DNA of 64,000 nucleotides from an uncultured delta proteobacterium (GCA_963822965.1 CAWGJT010000006.1:32001-96000); one strand, 5' to 3'. Positions 20,121-30,821 are shown, counted from the first letter of the stretch. Program-made: numbers and translations. The notes: generated by a model from the letters alone, not told the origin.

Positions 20121-20453
20121 TCAGTCGGTCTGCCCGACGAGGGTCTTGATGGGCTCGTGGGAGCCCAGCCAGTACGCCGGACGGAAGATCAGGGTGTCGA
20201 GGATGACCCCGACGGGATGGAGCGCGTAGGCGAGAACCCGGAGGGGGTTCCCGGCATCGCTCGGCTCGTAGGCGTTGTCGGGCTCGAACAGCTCGGCCTC
20301 GATTCCGGCTGCGGCCTCGTCCTTCGGTTCGTCGGCGACCACCGGCCGCGCCAGCACGAGAGCCGAGAGTGCGACCACGACCAGGAGCGATCCACGAACG
20401 AGCCCGGCGCCGCGCCGCTGCGATCGTCGTGAGCCCGCCGTCTCCGTGATCAT
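20121..20453 (-). CDS. Small secreted or membrane hypothetical protein (110 aa)
   Basis: GGGGAGG SD plus ATG; signal-peptide-like N-terminus; C-terminal NPLRVLAYALHPVGVILDTLIFRPAYWL. Confidence 0.75.
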   Translation of the reverse strand: MITETAGSRRSQRRGAGLVRGSLLVVVALSALVLARPVVADEPKDEAAAGIEAELFEPDNAYEPSDAGNPLRVLAYALHPVGVILDTLIFRPAYWLGSHEPIKTLVGQTD

Positions 20454-20683
20454 GCCGACCTCCCCTTCGTCCACGCGACGGAGGTTACCCCTTCGATCGG
20501 CTACCCGGCCACCGCCATTGAGATCTCGCGCAGCGCAGGTGCGCGCGCGCCGGAGCCGCTTCGACCGGAAGCTCGCGCGCCCGGCCCGCGGCTTTCCAAC
20601 GGATTGCCGATCGGCTGCGCGGTGCGTGCCGGGTGCACGCCGCTGTCCGCCGCGCTGGTCGACCCCGCGGGAAGGCGCGTGGC

Positions 20684-22123
20684 TCAGCGTCGCCAGAAGG
20701 CCGGGTTGAAGAGGACGAGCAGGGTGAAGAGCTCGAGGCGCCCCGCCAGCATGCAGAACGCCAGCACCAGCTTCACCGCTCCCGGGAAGATCGCGAAGTT
20801 GTCGTACGGACCCGCCAGCCCCAGGCCGGGTCCCACGTTGCCCGTCGCCGTCAGCGCCGCGGAGAGCGACGTGACCACGTCGAAGCCGCTCGCGGAGACG
20901 ATCGCGGCGGCCACCACGACCACCAGGAAGTACGCGGCGAAGAAGGTCCAGACCCCGGCCATGACGTCGGGCGGCACCGGCTTGCCGCCGAAGCGCACGG
21001 CGGGGCGCACCGCGTTCCGGTGACCGACCAGCGTGAATGCGGAACGCAGGGACCGGATCCCCAGCACGATGCGCAGGCTCTTCACGCCGCCGCAGGTGGA
21101 GCCCGCCATGGCGCCGAGCGCCATCAGCTGCAGGATGATGATCTGGGAGACGGCCGGCCAGTGCTCGAAGTGGGCCGTCGCGAAGCCGGTGCCCGTCAGC
21201 AGCGAGACCGCCTGGAAGCTCGCGACCCGGGCCCGGTGGTCGGGGTAGAGGTCGGTGGCCCAGAGGATCGCGATGAAGATCAGGCACACGCTGACGGTGA
21301 GGACCGTGTAGTAGCGGAGCTCCGTATCGCGGAACACCTCCCGCGCCCGCCCCGTCAGCATGCGGTAGTGGAGCACGAAGTTCACGCCCGCCAGGAACAT
21401 GAAGATCGTGACGATCCAGTGGATGGCGTCCGAGTCGTAGGCGCCCACGGACTGGTCGCGCGGAGAGAAGCCGCCCGTGGACAGCGTCGACATCGCGTGA
21501 CAGAGGGCGTCGAAGGCCGGCATGCCGGCGATCACCAGGGCGAGCCACTGGGCGGTCGTGAGGCCCACGTAGATGAACCACAGCTGGCGCGCGGTCTCCG
21601 CCACCCGGGGGCGCACCTTCTCCTTCACGGGTCCGGTGACCTCGGCGCGGAAGAGCGACATCCCGCCGATCCCGAGCAGCGGCATCAGGGCCACCGTGAA
21701 GACCACGATCCCCATGCCCCCGAGCCACTGGGTGAGCGAGCGCCACAGCAGCAGCGCGTGCGGCTGCCCGTCGATGAAGGGCAGCACCGTGGATCCGGTG
21801 GTGGTGAAGCCGGAGACCGACTCGAAGATCGCGTCCACCGGGCCGAGGACGCCCGCGGTGACGTACGGCAGGGCCCCGAAGATCGACGCGGCGATCCAGG
21901 CCGCCGACACGATCAGGAAGCCGTCCCGCGGCCGGACCCGCACGGTCGCCGGCTTGACGAAGAGCCCGACGGGCAGGCCGACCGCGACGGCGATGCCCAT
22001 GGACACCAGGTACGGGACGACGTTGTCGCCCATCCAGAGCGCCGTGACGGTGGGAACGATCTGGAAGGCCCCGATGAACAGGACGAGCCAGCCCACGAGC
22101 TGTACGGCGAGCGGCAGATTCAA
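20684..22123 (-). CDS. trkH: TrkH-family potassium uptake protein (start 22123 or 22165)
   Basis: FESVSGFTTTG, WRSLTQWLGGMGI, STGGFS, GSTCGGVK, GNVGPG, MLAGRLE. Confidence 0.96.
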   Translation of the reverse strand: MNLPLAVQLVGWLVLFIGAFQIVPTVTALWMGDNVVPYLVSMGIAVAVGLPVGLFVKPATVRVRPRDGFLIVSAAWIAASIFGALPYVTAGVLGPVDAIFESVSGFTTTGSTVLPFIDGQPHALLLWRSLTQWLGGMGIVVFTVALMPLLGIGGMSLFRAEVTGPVKEKVRPRVAETARQLWFIYVGLTTAQWLALVIAGMPAFDALCHAMSTLSTGGFSPRDQSVGAYDSDAIHWIVTIFMFLAGVNFVLHYRMLTGRAREVFRDTELRYYTVLTVSVCLIFIAILWATDLYPDHRARVASFQAVSLLTGTGFATAHFEHWPAVSQIIILQLMALGAMAGSTCGGVKSLRIVLGIRSLRSAFTLVGHRNAVRPAVRFGGKPVPPDVMAGVWTFFAAYFLVVVVAAAIVSASGFDVVTSLSAALTATGNVGPGLGLAGPYDNFAIFPGAVKLVLAFCMLAGRLELFTLLVLFNPAFWRR

Positions 22124-22504
22124 GGCCCGTCCCCCCTTCGGACGCGCCAGAACGTACAGCAGCACCCCAGCCGCGTTGCGCGCTGCCCGCCCCGCCCCCC
22201 AAGGGGACCAGGACGATCGGCCTCCGCTTCAGAGTCCTGTGGAACGGAATTTTATCCGGCTCCGATCGGAACCGACCCCGTTTTCTCCTTCGAGTGGCCC
22301 ATGCTTCCGAAGTCCACTCGCGAGACCACACCATTTCTTGCCCTCCGGACCGAATGTTTTTCGGCCCTCCTCCCGATCAACTGGCTATTTGCACAAAAAT
22401 CGGCGATCTTTCCCGCCTTGGTGGCGTCCCGGTTCGGCGCCGTCCGCGAGAATCGCGTCGAAACGGTCGAAGCGACCCGAAACGGCGAAAGCTGGGAGCG
22501 CTCC

Positions 22505-24235
22505 ATGACGGCACAGATCCCTACCGGCGCAGAGAAGCTCATCCGCTGCCTCGAACGCGAGGGCGTGGAGTACATCTTCGGCCTCTCCGGCGGCGCGGCC
22601 ATGCCGATGTTCGACGCGCTGGTGGACTCGACGATCCAGCTGGTCATGGTCCGCCACGAGCAGGGCGCGACCCACATGGCCGACGGCTACGCCCGCGCCA
22701 CCGGGCGCCCCGGCGTCGTGCTGGTCACCTCGGGCCCCGGCGCCACGAACACGGTCACCGGCATGCTCACCGCCCTGATGGACTCGGTGCCCATCATCGT
22801 GCTCTGCGGTCAGACGATCCGGCCCATGCTCGGCAAGGACGCCTTCCAGGAGGCCGACGTCACGGGCATCACCTACCCGGTGGTCAAGCACAGCTACCTG
22901 GTGAAGGACGCTGCCGACATTCCGCGCGTGGTGCGCGAGGCCTTCCACATCGCCACGACGGGCCGACCGGGCCCGGTGCTGATCGATCTCCCCAAGGACG
23001 TCACCCAGGGACCGTGCGACGCGCCCTTCGTCGACGACGTCGACCTGCCCGGCTACACCGTGCCGACCCGGGCCCGCCCCGAGGACCTGACGCGCGCCGC
23101 CGAGCTGCTCCGGGCCGCCAAGCGACCGCTGCTCTACGTGGGACACGGCGCGGTGATCTCCGGCGCCGGCAAGGCGGTGATCAGCCCTGGCCGAGAAGCT
23201 GCGCGCGCCCATCGTGAACACCCTGCTCGGCAAGGGCGCCGTCGACGAGACCCATCCGCTGCACCTCGGCATGCTCGGCATGCACGGCACCGCCTACGCG
23301 AACAAGGCGGTGGTCGAGTGCGACCTGCATCATGGCCATCGGCGCCCGCTGGGACGACCGCATCACCGGCAAGCTCGACGAGTTCTGCGCGGACGCCGTC
23401 GAAGATCCACATCGACATCGACCCGTCCGAGTTCAACAAGATGATCCGCCCCGACGTCGCCGATCCAGGGCGACGCGCGGCTCGTGCTCGAGGAGCTGCT
23501 GCCCGCTGATCGAGCCGCGGAGACACGCGCCGAGTGGCTGGCGCAGTGCGAGGACTGGCGGCACGCAGTACCCGCTCAAGTACCCGAAGCAGGGCGGCCT
23601 GCGCGCCCAGCACGTGCTCGACCGGCTGAACGCGCTCACCGAGCGGCGACGGCGATCGATCGCCACGGACGTGGGCCAGCACCAGATGTGGGCGGCCCAG
23701 TTCTGCCTCGCCACCACCAACCGCCACTGGCTCAGCTCGCGGCGGCGCCGGCACCATGGGCTTCGGCTTCCCGGCGGCCATCGGCGCGCAGTTCGGCCAC
23801 CCGGACAAGGAGGTGTGGGCGGTCGTGCGGCGACGGCGGCTTCCAGATGACCCTGGCGAGCTCGCGACCGCCGCAGTCCACAAGCTCCCCGTGAAGTGCC
23901 TCATCATCAACAACAACTACCTGGGCATGGTCCGCCAGTGGCAGGAGCTCTTCTACGACAACCGCTATTCGGGCGTCGACCTGGAGGGCAACCCCGACTT
24001 CGTGAAGCTCGCCGAGGCCTACGGCATCAAGGCGCTTCCGCATCAAGCGGCCGGCGGACGTGGATCGCATCCTGCAAGCAGGCGCGCGCGTACGCGAGGG
24101 CCCCTGCGTGGTCGTCGCCGAGGTGGTCAAGGAGGACAACGTCTTCCCGATGATCCCGGCCGGCGCCGCCATCAAGGACATGATCATCGAGAAGCCCCAG
24201 CGCGCGCATGGAAAAGCCCGACGGGCAGCACCTGA
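22505..24235 (+). CDS. ilvB: Acetolactate synthase large subunit with many frameshifts between about 23185 and 24220
   Basis: [61 protein letters not shown] scattered over three frames. Confidence 0.95.
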
Positions 24236-24290
24236 TGCGTCCGCCCTGCGCCGCTCCGTCCGACGCGCAGCGGCCGACCCCGGAGAAGCC

Positions 24291-24821
24291 ATGAGCGTCG
24301 TCGCCATCGCCCCGACCCCTGCCGTCGATTCCAGCGGCACCCACACCATCTCGCTCTTCGTGCACGACCGTCCCGGCGTCCTGGTGCGCGTGGCCCTGGT
24401 GTTCGCGCGCCGGGGCTACAACATCGAGAGCCTGGTGGTGAGCCCCGCCGCGGGCGCCGGCTTCTCGCGCATGACGATCACCTGCTCGGGTGATCCGGCG
24501 ACCCTGGATCAGATCATCCGGCAGCTCAAGAAGCTCGTGGACGTGGTGAGCGCCATCGACCACACGGGCGACGCCGCGTACGAGACGGAGATCGCCCTGA
24601 TCAAGCTCGACGTGAAGGACGACGACCGCAACCAGGTGCTGCAGATCGCCGAGCACTTCAACGCGAAGGTGGTCGACTACGCGGTGACCAGCGTGATGCT
24701 GCGGGTCTACGGCAGCAGCGAGAAGCTCGACGCGCTGATCGCCCTGCTCCGACCCTACGGCATCTCCGAGCTCGTGCGCTCGGGCAAGATCCTGATGGCC
24801 CGGGGCCAGTTCACGACCTGA
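24291..24821 (+). CDS. ilvN: Acetolactate synthase small (regulatory) subunit
   Basis: HTISLFVHDRPGVLVRVALVFARRGYNIESL, SRMTI, QLKKLVDV, ELVRSG. Confidence 0.96.
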   Translation: MSVVAIAPTPAVDSSGTHTISLFVHDRPGVLVRVALVFARRGYNIESLVVSPAAGAGFSRMTITCSGDPATLDQIIRQLKKLVDVVSAIDHTGDAAYETEIALIKLDVKDDDRNQVLQIAEHFNAKVVDYAVTSVMLRVYGSSEKLDALIALLRPYGISELVRSGKILMARGQFTT

Positions 24822-26484
24822 GCACCCGACCGGGCAGCTCGCCCTCCGGATCCACCACGTCCCGGCCCTGCTCGCGGATCGGCGTGCCGTTCACGATCAC
24901 CGCCTCGATGCCCGTCGCGTCCGAGACGAGCCGGTCGGCGCCCGCCGGGAAGTCGTGGACGCGCCGCAGCGGGCTGCAGCCGACGGTCTCCGGGTCGAAG
25001 ATGGTCACGTCCGCGGCCAGGCCGGGGGCGAGCCGCCCGCGATCGCGAATGCCGAACACGTCCGCCGAGCGCGACGTCAGCAGGCGTACCGCCTCCTCGA
25101 GCGAGAGCACGCCCTTCTCGCGCACCCAGTGGGCCAGCATGTGGGTGGGCGCGCAGGCGTCGCAGAGCTGGCTCGCGTGGGCGCCCGCGTCGGACAGGCC
25201 CAGCATCGAGGCCGGGTGCCGCAGCAGCTCGGCGACGGCCTCCTCGTCGGTGTTCATGATGGCGATGCGGAAGCGCGCCTCGAGGTCGGTGTCGAGCCCC
25301 ATGTCCAGCACCAGGTCCACCGGATGCACGCCCCGCTCCGCGGCCACGTCCGTCACCCGGCGCTCCTCGAGGCGGCGGTCGGGCGCGTACTCGGCGATCC
25401 AGGTGTCCTGCCAGCGTCCCGAGATTCCTCCCTTCTCGGCGCGCTGGCGGAAGGCCGCCCGGAAGGCCGGATCGGCGTAGATGCGCTTGCGTCCCTCGAA
25501 GTCGGCGCGCGAGACGGGCTGGAAGAGCGACAGGCTCTCGAAGGGGAACGGCGCCTTCCACTGGAACTCGAACATGAGCGGACGACAGGCCACCTGGGGG
25601 ACCACGTCGACGCCTTCGGCCTGGAGCCTGCCGCTCTGCTCCAGCACGCCGCGGTGGCCGTCGGGCCCGAGCATGCCGGCGAGCAGGGCCGTGAAGCTGA
25701 CGGGGCGTCCCGTGGCCCGGCCGATCTGCTCGAACTCCTTCAGGAAGAATCCGCGGCCGAGGGTCGCCTGGAGCACGCCGCGTCCCGCCTCGCCGAGGCA
25801 CGACGCCAGCCGCGCGATCTCGTCGAGGTTGGCGGCCCGGCTGGGCACCGGCCGACCGGCGTAGCCCACGTGGGTAGGGGACTGGGAGGTCGCGAAGCCC
25901 AGGGCGCCGGCCGCGAGCCCTTCGGCGACCAGCCGCCGCATGGTCTCGACCTCGTCCGGCGTGGCCTCGCGCTCGGTGGACGCCTCGCCCATCACGTACA
26001 TGCGCAGGGGGGTGTGTCCCAGCAGCGCCCCGACGTTGATGGCGGGCCCGCGGGCGTCGACGGCGTCGAGGAACTCCGGGAAGGTCTCGAAGGGCCAGTC
26101 CTCGCCCACGCCCGCGCGCAGTGCGTCGAGGGACATGCCCTCGACGTTCTCGAGCGTCCGGAGGATCAGGTCCCGGTGCTCGGGACGCGTCGGCGCGATG
26201 CCGAAGCCGCAGTTGCCGATGACCACCGACGTGACGCCGTGCCAGGGCGAGATGGTGAGCATCCGGTCCCAGAACACCTGGGCATCGTAGTGGGTGTGGA
26301 TGTCGACGAATCCCGGCGCCACGACGCGACCGTCCGCCTCGATCACCCGGTCGGCGCTGCCGGAGACGTCGCCCAGGGCGGCGATCCGGCCGTCGCGCAC
26401 CGCGAGGTCGCCGCGCACCGCGGGGGCACCCGTTCCGTCGACCAGCGTGCCGCCGCGAATCAGCAGCGCGTAGTGCTCGCTCAT
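24811..26484 (-). CDS. N-acyl-D-amino-acid deacylase family amidohydrolase
   Basis: APGFVDIHTHYD, GNCGFG, SDAGAH, RGRLAPGLAADVTIFDP. Confidence 0.9.
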   Translation of the reverse strand: MSEHYALLIRGGTLVDGTGAPAVRGDLAVRDGRIAALGDVSGSADRVIEADGRVVAPGFVDIHTHYDAQVFWDRMLTISPWHGVTSVVIGNCGFGIAPTRPEHRDLILRTLENVEGMSLDALRAGVGEDWPFETFPEFLDAVDARGPAINVGALLGHTPLRMYVMGEASTEREATPDEVETMRRLVAEGLAAGALGFATSQSPTHVGYAGRPVPSRAANLDEIARLASCLGEAGRGVLQATLGRGFFLKEFEQIGRATGRPVSFTALLAGMLGPDGHRGVLEQSGRLQAEGVDVVPQVACRPLMFEFQWKAPFPFESLSLFQPVSRADFEGRKRIYADPAFRAAFRQRAEKGGISGRWQDTWIAEYAPDRRLEERRVTDVAAERGVHPVDLVLDMGLDTDLEARFRIAIMNTDEEAVAELLRHPASMLGLSDAGAHASQLCDACAPTHMLAHWVREKGVLSLEEAVRLLTSRSADVFGIRDRGRLAPGLAADVTIFDPETVGCSPLRRVHDFPAGADRLVSDATGIEAVIVNGTPIREQGRDVVDPEGELPGRVLRS

Positions 26485-26529
26485 GGCTTCCTCCTGGCAC
26501 GGCCGCCGGGGCGGCCGCCGATGCGATCT

Positions 26530-27030
26530 TCAGCTCTGCAGCCGCTTCTCCACCTCGCCGTCGAGGACACGGGCGAGGCTCATGAACGCGTCGAGGATCT
26601 CTTCCTTGTCGTTGCGCTCGCTGCCGGCGCACAGGCCTTCGAGCAACGCCGACAGACGCGACTCCACCTGACGCATGTCCCGCACCCCGGTCTCGGTGAG
26701 CTCGAGGCGGATGCCGCGGCGGTCCGCCTCCACCTGCACGCGCCGGATGCGACCGTCCTTCTCCAGTCCGTCCACCAGGGACGTGAGGGTCGGCCGCTGG
26801 ATGGCGGCACGCGCCGCCAGCTCCCCGGCCCGCTTGGGGCCATGGCGCAGGAAGAGCAGCAGCCGGTACTGCGGAATGCTGATCCCCTCGTCCCGGCAGA
26901 CCCGCTCGAACTCGCGGTACAGGAAGACGATGGCTCGAACGGCGCTGCGGGCCCTACGATCGGGCTCCCGGGCCTCGGCGCTGACGGCGCCGATCCGCTC
27001 GGATTCGTCCGCGGCGGGATTGTCGGACAT
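26530..27030 (-). CDS. MarR-family transcriptional regulator
   Basis: ISIPQYRLL..ELA..PTLTSLVDGLEKDGRIRR..DRR..LTETG winged-helix pattern. Confidence 0.9.
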   Translation of the reverse strand: MSDNPAADESERIGAVSAEAREPDRRARSAVRAIVFLYREFERVCRDEGISIPQYRLLLFLRHGPKRAGELAARAAIQRPTLTSLVDGLEKDGRIRRVQVEADRRGIRLELTETGVRDMRQVESRLSALLEGLCAGSERNDKEEILDAFMSLARVLDGEVEKRLQS

Positions 27031-27075
27031 TGCGGTTACGTTACCCCAACCGGCAGCGCCGGTGGGAGGTGAGCC

Positions 27076-27462
27076 CTGCAGGTCAAAGCGCTCGATTACA
27101 CGGTGCTGATCGTCGAGGATCTCGACCGGGCCCTGGCCTTCTACGTGGAGGGTCTGGGGCTCCCCCTGAACCACCGCCGGGGTCCGTACGCGCAGCTCCA
27201 GACGGGGGTCACCCGCCTGGCGTTCTACGAGCGGTCGGCGCTCGCGCAGACCCTGGGCATCGCCCTCGAGGCACCTGCCGCCAATGCGCCGGGCTTCGAG
27301 CTCGCCTTCTTCGTGGCCAACGTGGACCGCGCGTACGCGGAGCTCGTGGTCACGGGCGCGACCGCCGTCACCCCCCCGGCCGACCGGCCGTGGGGGCAGC
27401 GGACCGCCTACGTGCGCGATCCGGACGGGCATCTCGTCGAGCTGGTGGAGCCTCGCGCGTGA
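27076..27462 (+). CDS. VOC/glyoxalase family protein (probable CTG start at 27076; GTG at 27103 in track)
   Basis: DYTVLIVEDLDRALAFY, PWGQRTAYVRDPDGHLVEL. Confidence 0.92.
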   Translation: MQVKALDYTVLIVEDLDRALAFYVEGLGLPLNHRRGPYAQLQTGVTRLAFYERSALAQTLGIALEAPAANAPGFELAFFVANVDRAYAELVVTGATAVTPPADRPWGQRTAYVRDPDGHLVELVEPRA

Positions 27463-27501
27463 GCGACGCGATGCGCCGCACCGGCTGCCGGGAGACGGCG
27501 C

Positions 27502-28056
27502 TCAGGCGCCGTCCCGATTGCGGTAGCGCGGCACGCCGAACTCGGGCGGCAGGTTGAGGATCTGGGAGGGGAAGGCCTCCACCAGGAACTGCACCACGTC
27601 CCGCACCGAGACGATGATCTGCGGGCACCCGTCGTCGTCCACCGCCGGCACGTGCCGGAAGCCGCCGACGGACATCTTGTTCAGCACCCAGGCGATGGTG
27701 GCGTTCAGGGCGAGGGACTCGGGGTCGCGCACCATCACCTCGTCGAGGGTGACCGTGGCGGGATTGCGGCCGCGATTGATGATGCGGAGCAGGATGTCCC
27801 GCTCGGTGAAGATGCCCGCGAGTCGCGAGCGCGAGGTGCCGTCCTCGGTGATGAGAACGCATCCGCGATGCTCGCGCTGCATGGCCTGCATCGCCTCGGA
27901 TACCGCGTCCGACCCCTTGAAGCAGATCGGCCTGCGGCTCGGCAGAGCGGTCAGCGGCTCCTGCAGCAGGTGCGCGTCGAAGACATCGCGCTTGCGCTCC
28001 CGGGGCTCGTCGAAGTAGGCGTCGTCCGGCAACGTTCCATCCAGCTCGGTTTGCAT
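27502..28056 (-). CDS. CBS-domain pair protein
   Basis: GGAGG SD plus ATG; GIFTERDIL, VMVRDPE, GGFRHVP, SVRDVV. Confidence 0.9.
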   Translation of the reverse strand: MQTELDGTLPDDAYFDEPRERKRDVFDAHLLQEPLTALPSRRPICFKGSDAVSEAMQAMQREHRGCVLITEDGTSRSRLAGIFTERDILLRIINRGRNPATVTLDEVMVRDPESLALNATIAWVLNKMSVGGFRHVPAVDDDGCPQIIVSVRDVVQFLVEAFPSQILNLPPEFGVPRYRNRDGA

Positions 28057-28173
28057 GAGGGGTCCTCCCGTGGGTCGCGCCGCCACCCGGGTGCGGTCGT
28101 CATCAGGAGCGTTCTCGATCGGGGCTGTCTCGAGGTCCCTGATCCGGCGCGGTTCTCGATCGGGACTGACTCG

Positions 28174-28179
28174 TATAAT
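28174..28179 (+). promoter_or_regulatory. Perfect TATAAT -10 hexamer in the divergent intergenic region
   Basis: TATAAT in a GC-rich background (TATTAT on the other strand); no clear -35. Confidence 0.4.
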
Positions 28180-28283
28180 ACCCTGAAACCGGCCCCCCGT
28201 CCGAATGGCAATCGTCCGGCGCACCTGCCCCCCATGGGGCATCGCGCTCGACCCGGCGCACGAGCCGCGGCAAGGGGGGGATC

Positions 28284-29783
28284 CTGGGCGCGCTCGACTG
28301 GATCGTGATCGCGTTCTACGCGCTCGCCGTGTTGGCGCTGGGACGCCGCGCGGCCCGCGGACACGCGAGCGCCGCCGACCTGCTCGTCGGGCGACGCTCG
28401 GTTCCCACCTGGGCCGTGCTCGGCTCCATGGTGGCCACCGAGCTCTCGGCCGCGACCTTCCTCGGCGTACCCGACGCCGCCTACCAGGGCAGCTGGTCGT
28501 ATCTCGAGCTGGCCTTCGGGGCCCTGCTGGGGAAGGCGGTGATCTCCCTGCGTGTCGTCCCGCTGTATCACCGGCTGGGCGTCGTCAGCATCTACCAGCT
28601 GCTGGAGCTTCGCTTCGGCCCCGCAGCCCAGCGCGCGGCGGCGTGGTGCTTCGTGGCAGGTCGGCTGCTGGCCTCGGGCGTGCGTCTCTTCATCGCCGCG
28701 CTCGCCTTCTCGGTCGCCACGGGAACCGACGTCACCCTGGCCATCGTCGCCTGCGGCGCGATCGCCGGGATCTATACGCGCGCGGGAGGCATCCGCTCGG
28801 TGATCTGGACCGACGTCCTGCAGGCGGCGGTGTTCCTGGCCGGTGCCCTCGCGCTGCTGGCGGCCGCCATCGGAAACGTGCCGGGCGGTCTCGGCGAGGT
28901 CCTCGACTGGGCCGGTGACGGCGGACGCAGCCGCATCTTCACCTTCTCGCCGCTGTTCACCTGGGGCGACAGCCGGGGCTTCGGCACGGCGCTCGTCGCC
29001 GGATTCTTCCTGACCCTCGCCACCCACGGCACCGACTTCGACATGGTGCAGCGACTGCTGGCCGCACGCGGCGGGCGCGCCGGGGGCACGGCGCTCTTCG
29101 GCTCCGCGCTGCTCAACTTTCCGCTCACCGCGCTCTTCCTGCTGGTGGGAACGGCCATCGCCGCCCAGCACGCCGCGGCGCCGCCCGAGGTGCTGCCCGA
29201 GGCGGGCCGCGTGGTGCCCGCGTTCGCCATGCAGGCCCTGCCGGACGGACTGCGCGGGCTGGTGTTCGCGGGCCTGCTCGCCGCGGCCATGTCGAGCCTC
29301 GACTCGGCAATCTGCGCCATCGCCACCAGTCTCACGGTGGACCTGGCACGAGAAGAGGCCTCGGACGAGCGCCTCGCCGCGCGCACGCGCCGGGCGTCGG
29401 TGGCGGTGACGGCGGCGCTGGTGGTGTCCGCCCTGGGCATGGCGGCGTACCACGCGGCGTTGCAGACCGGGACGGGCGGCGCGGCGCGGCTGGGTCTCGT
29501 CGAGTTCGCCCTCTCGGCGATGACCATCCTCTACGGCGGGCTGCTCGGCGTCTTCGCCGTGGCGGTGCTGCTACCGGGTGCGGGCAGCGAGCGGAGCGCC
29601 GTGGCGGGCCTCGCGGCCGGCGCAGCCGCCGGGCTCGCGCTCTTCCTGCACCCGTTGGTGCTCGGCGAGACGTGGCTCGCCTGGACCTGGTGGATTCCGG
29701 TGAGCAGCACCCTCGCCGCACTCGTCACCCTGCTCGCCGCGCGGGCGCCCACCGGCCGTCTCGCGCGAGCCGGTCTGGGATAG
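28284..29783 (+). CDS. Sodium:solute symporter family transporter (start uncertain)
   Basis: LDWIVIAFY, ATELSAATFLGVP, SIYQLLELRFG, GGIRSVIWTDVLQ, AAAMSSLDS. Confidence 0.9.
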   Translation: MGALDWIVIAFYALAVLALGRRAARGHASAADLLVGRRSVPTWAVLGSMVATELSAATFLGVPDAAYQGSWSYLELAFGALLGKAVISLRVVPLYHRLGVVSIYQLLELRFGPAAQRAAAWCFVAGRLLASGVRLFIAALAFSVATGTDVTLAIVACGAIAGIYTRAGGIRSVIWTDVLQAAVFLAGALALLAAAIGNVPGGLGEVLDWAGDGGRSRIFTFSPLFTWGDSRGFGTALVAGFFLTLATHGTDFDMVQRLLAARGGRAGGTALFGSALLNFPLTALFLLVGTAIAAQHAAAPPEVLPEAGRVVPAFAMQALPDGLRGLVFAGLLAAAMSSLDSAICAIATSLTVDLAREEASDERLAARTRRASVAVTAALVVSALGMAAYHAALQTGTGGAARLGLVEFALSAMTILYGGLLGVFAVAVLLPGAGSERSAVAGLAAGAAAGLALFLHPLVLGETWLAWTWWIPVSSTLAALVTLLAARAPTGRLARAGLG

Positions 29784-29852
29784 AGTCGCGGAGCCGCACG
29801 GCGGCTGGAGTCGCGGAGCCGCAAGGCGAGCCCGTCGGTCGGGGAGGAGATC

Positions 29853-30821
29853 GTGCAGGACGGAAACCGTCGGGCCATCCTGGCCGCGCTCGCCGCGAAC
29901 CTCGGGCTCGCGGCCGCAAAGCTCTTCGGTTGGGCCGTCACGGGTGCAGCATCGATGCTCGCGGAGGCCGTCCACTCGTTCGCCGACACCGGGAACCAGG
30001 CGCTGCTGCTGTGGGGAGGAGCCTCGGCGCGGAGGCCCGCCACCGAGGACCACCCGTTCGGGTTCGCACGCGAGCGGTACTTCTGGTCGTTCGTCGTCGC
30101 GCTGGTGATCTTCTCCCTGGGCTCGCTGTTCGCGATCTACGAAGGCGTGAGCAAGCTCGTCCACCCCCACGAGCTCGAGAGCCCGTCGTGGGCAGTCGGC
30201 ATCCTGCTGTTGGGCATCGCCATGGAGAGCTTCTCGTTCCGGACGGCGGTGGTCGAGGCCCGACAGCAGAAGCACACCCGGGGCTGGTGGAACTTCATTC
30301 GCAACACGAAGAGCCCCGAGCTTCCCGTGGTCCTGCTCGAGGATCTGGGCGCGCTGGTGGGACTGGCCATGGCGCTCCTCGGCGTGAGCCTGGCCGCCGC
30401 CACCGGCGAGCCGCGCTTCGACGCCCTGGGCAGCGTCTCGATCGGCGCCCTGCTGGCCGCGATCGCGATCGTGCTCGCGATGGAGATGCGCAGCCTGCTG
30501 ATCGGCGAAGCCGCCTCGCCGGAAGACCGGCGCGCCATCCGCACGGCCCTGCAGGAGACCGAGCAGGTGGAGCGGGTGATCCACATGCGCACCCAGCACT
30601 TCGGACCCGATCAGCTGCTGGTGGCGCTCAAGGTCCAGTTCGACTCGACGCTCTCGATGCGGGGCCTGGCGGACGCCATCGACCGGGCCGAGCGCTGCAT
30701 CCGCGAGCGCGTACCCGCCGCGCGTCTCATCTTCATCGAGCCCGACATCTATCGCGAAGGCGAGCCGTCCGTGGGCGCCAACCCGGCGTTGGCGGATACG
30801 ACGCCGGCTTCGCGGCGCTGA
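29853..30821 (+). CDS. Cation diffusion facilitator (CDF) transporter
   Basis: SMLAEAVHSFADTGNQ, HPFG..ERYFW, VLLEDLGAL, IFIEPD. Confidence 0.93.
   Translation: MQDGNRRAILAALAANLGLAAAKLFGWAVTGAASMLAEAVHSFADTGNQALLLWGGASARRPATEDHPFGFARERYFWSFVVALVIFSLGSLFAIYEGVSKLVHPHELESPSWAVGILLLGIAMESFSFRTAVVEARQQKHTRGWWNFIRNTKSPELPVVLLEDLGALVGLAMALLGVSLAAATGEPRFDALGSVSIGALLAAIAIVLAMEMRSLLIGEAASPEDRRAIRTALQETEQVERVIHMRTQHFGPDQLLVALKVQFDSTLSMRGLADAIDRAERCIRERVPAARLIFIEPDIYREGEPSVGANPALADTTPASRR

Noticed and set aside
29783..29823. 16-nt direct repeat GAGTCGCGGAGCCGCA x2 (and GCGGACC x3 near 39564-39586)
   Set aside because: Short local duplications with no further supporting context.
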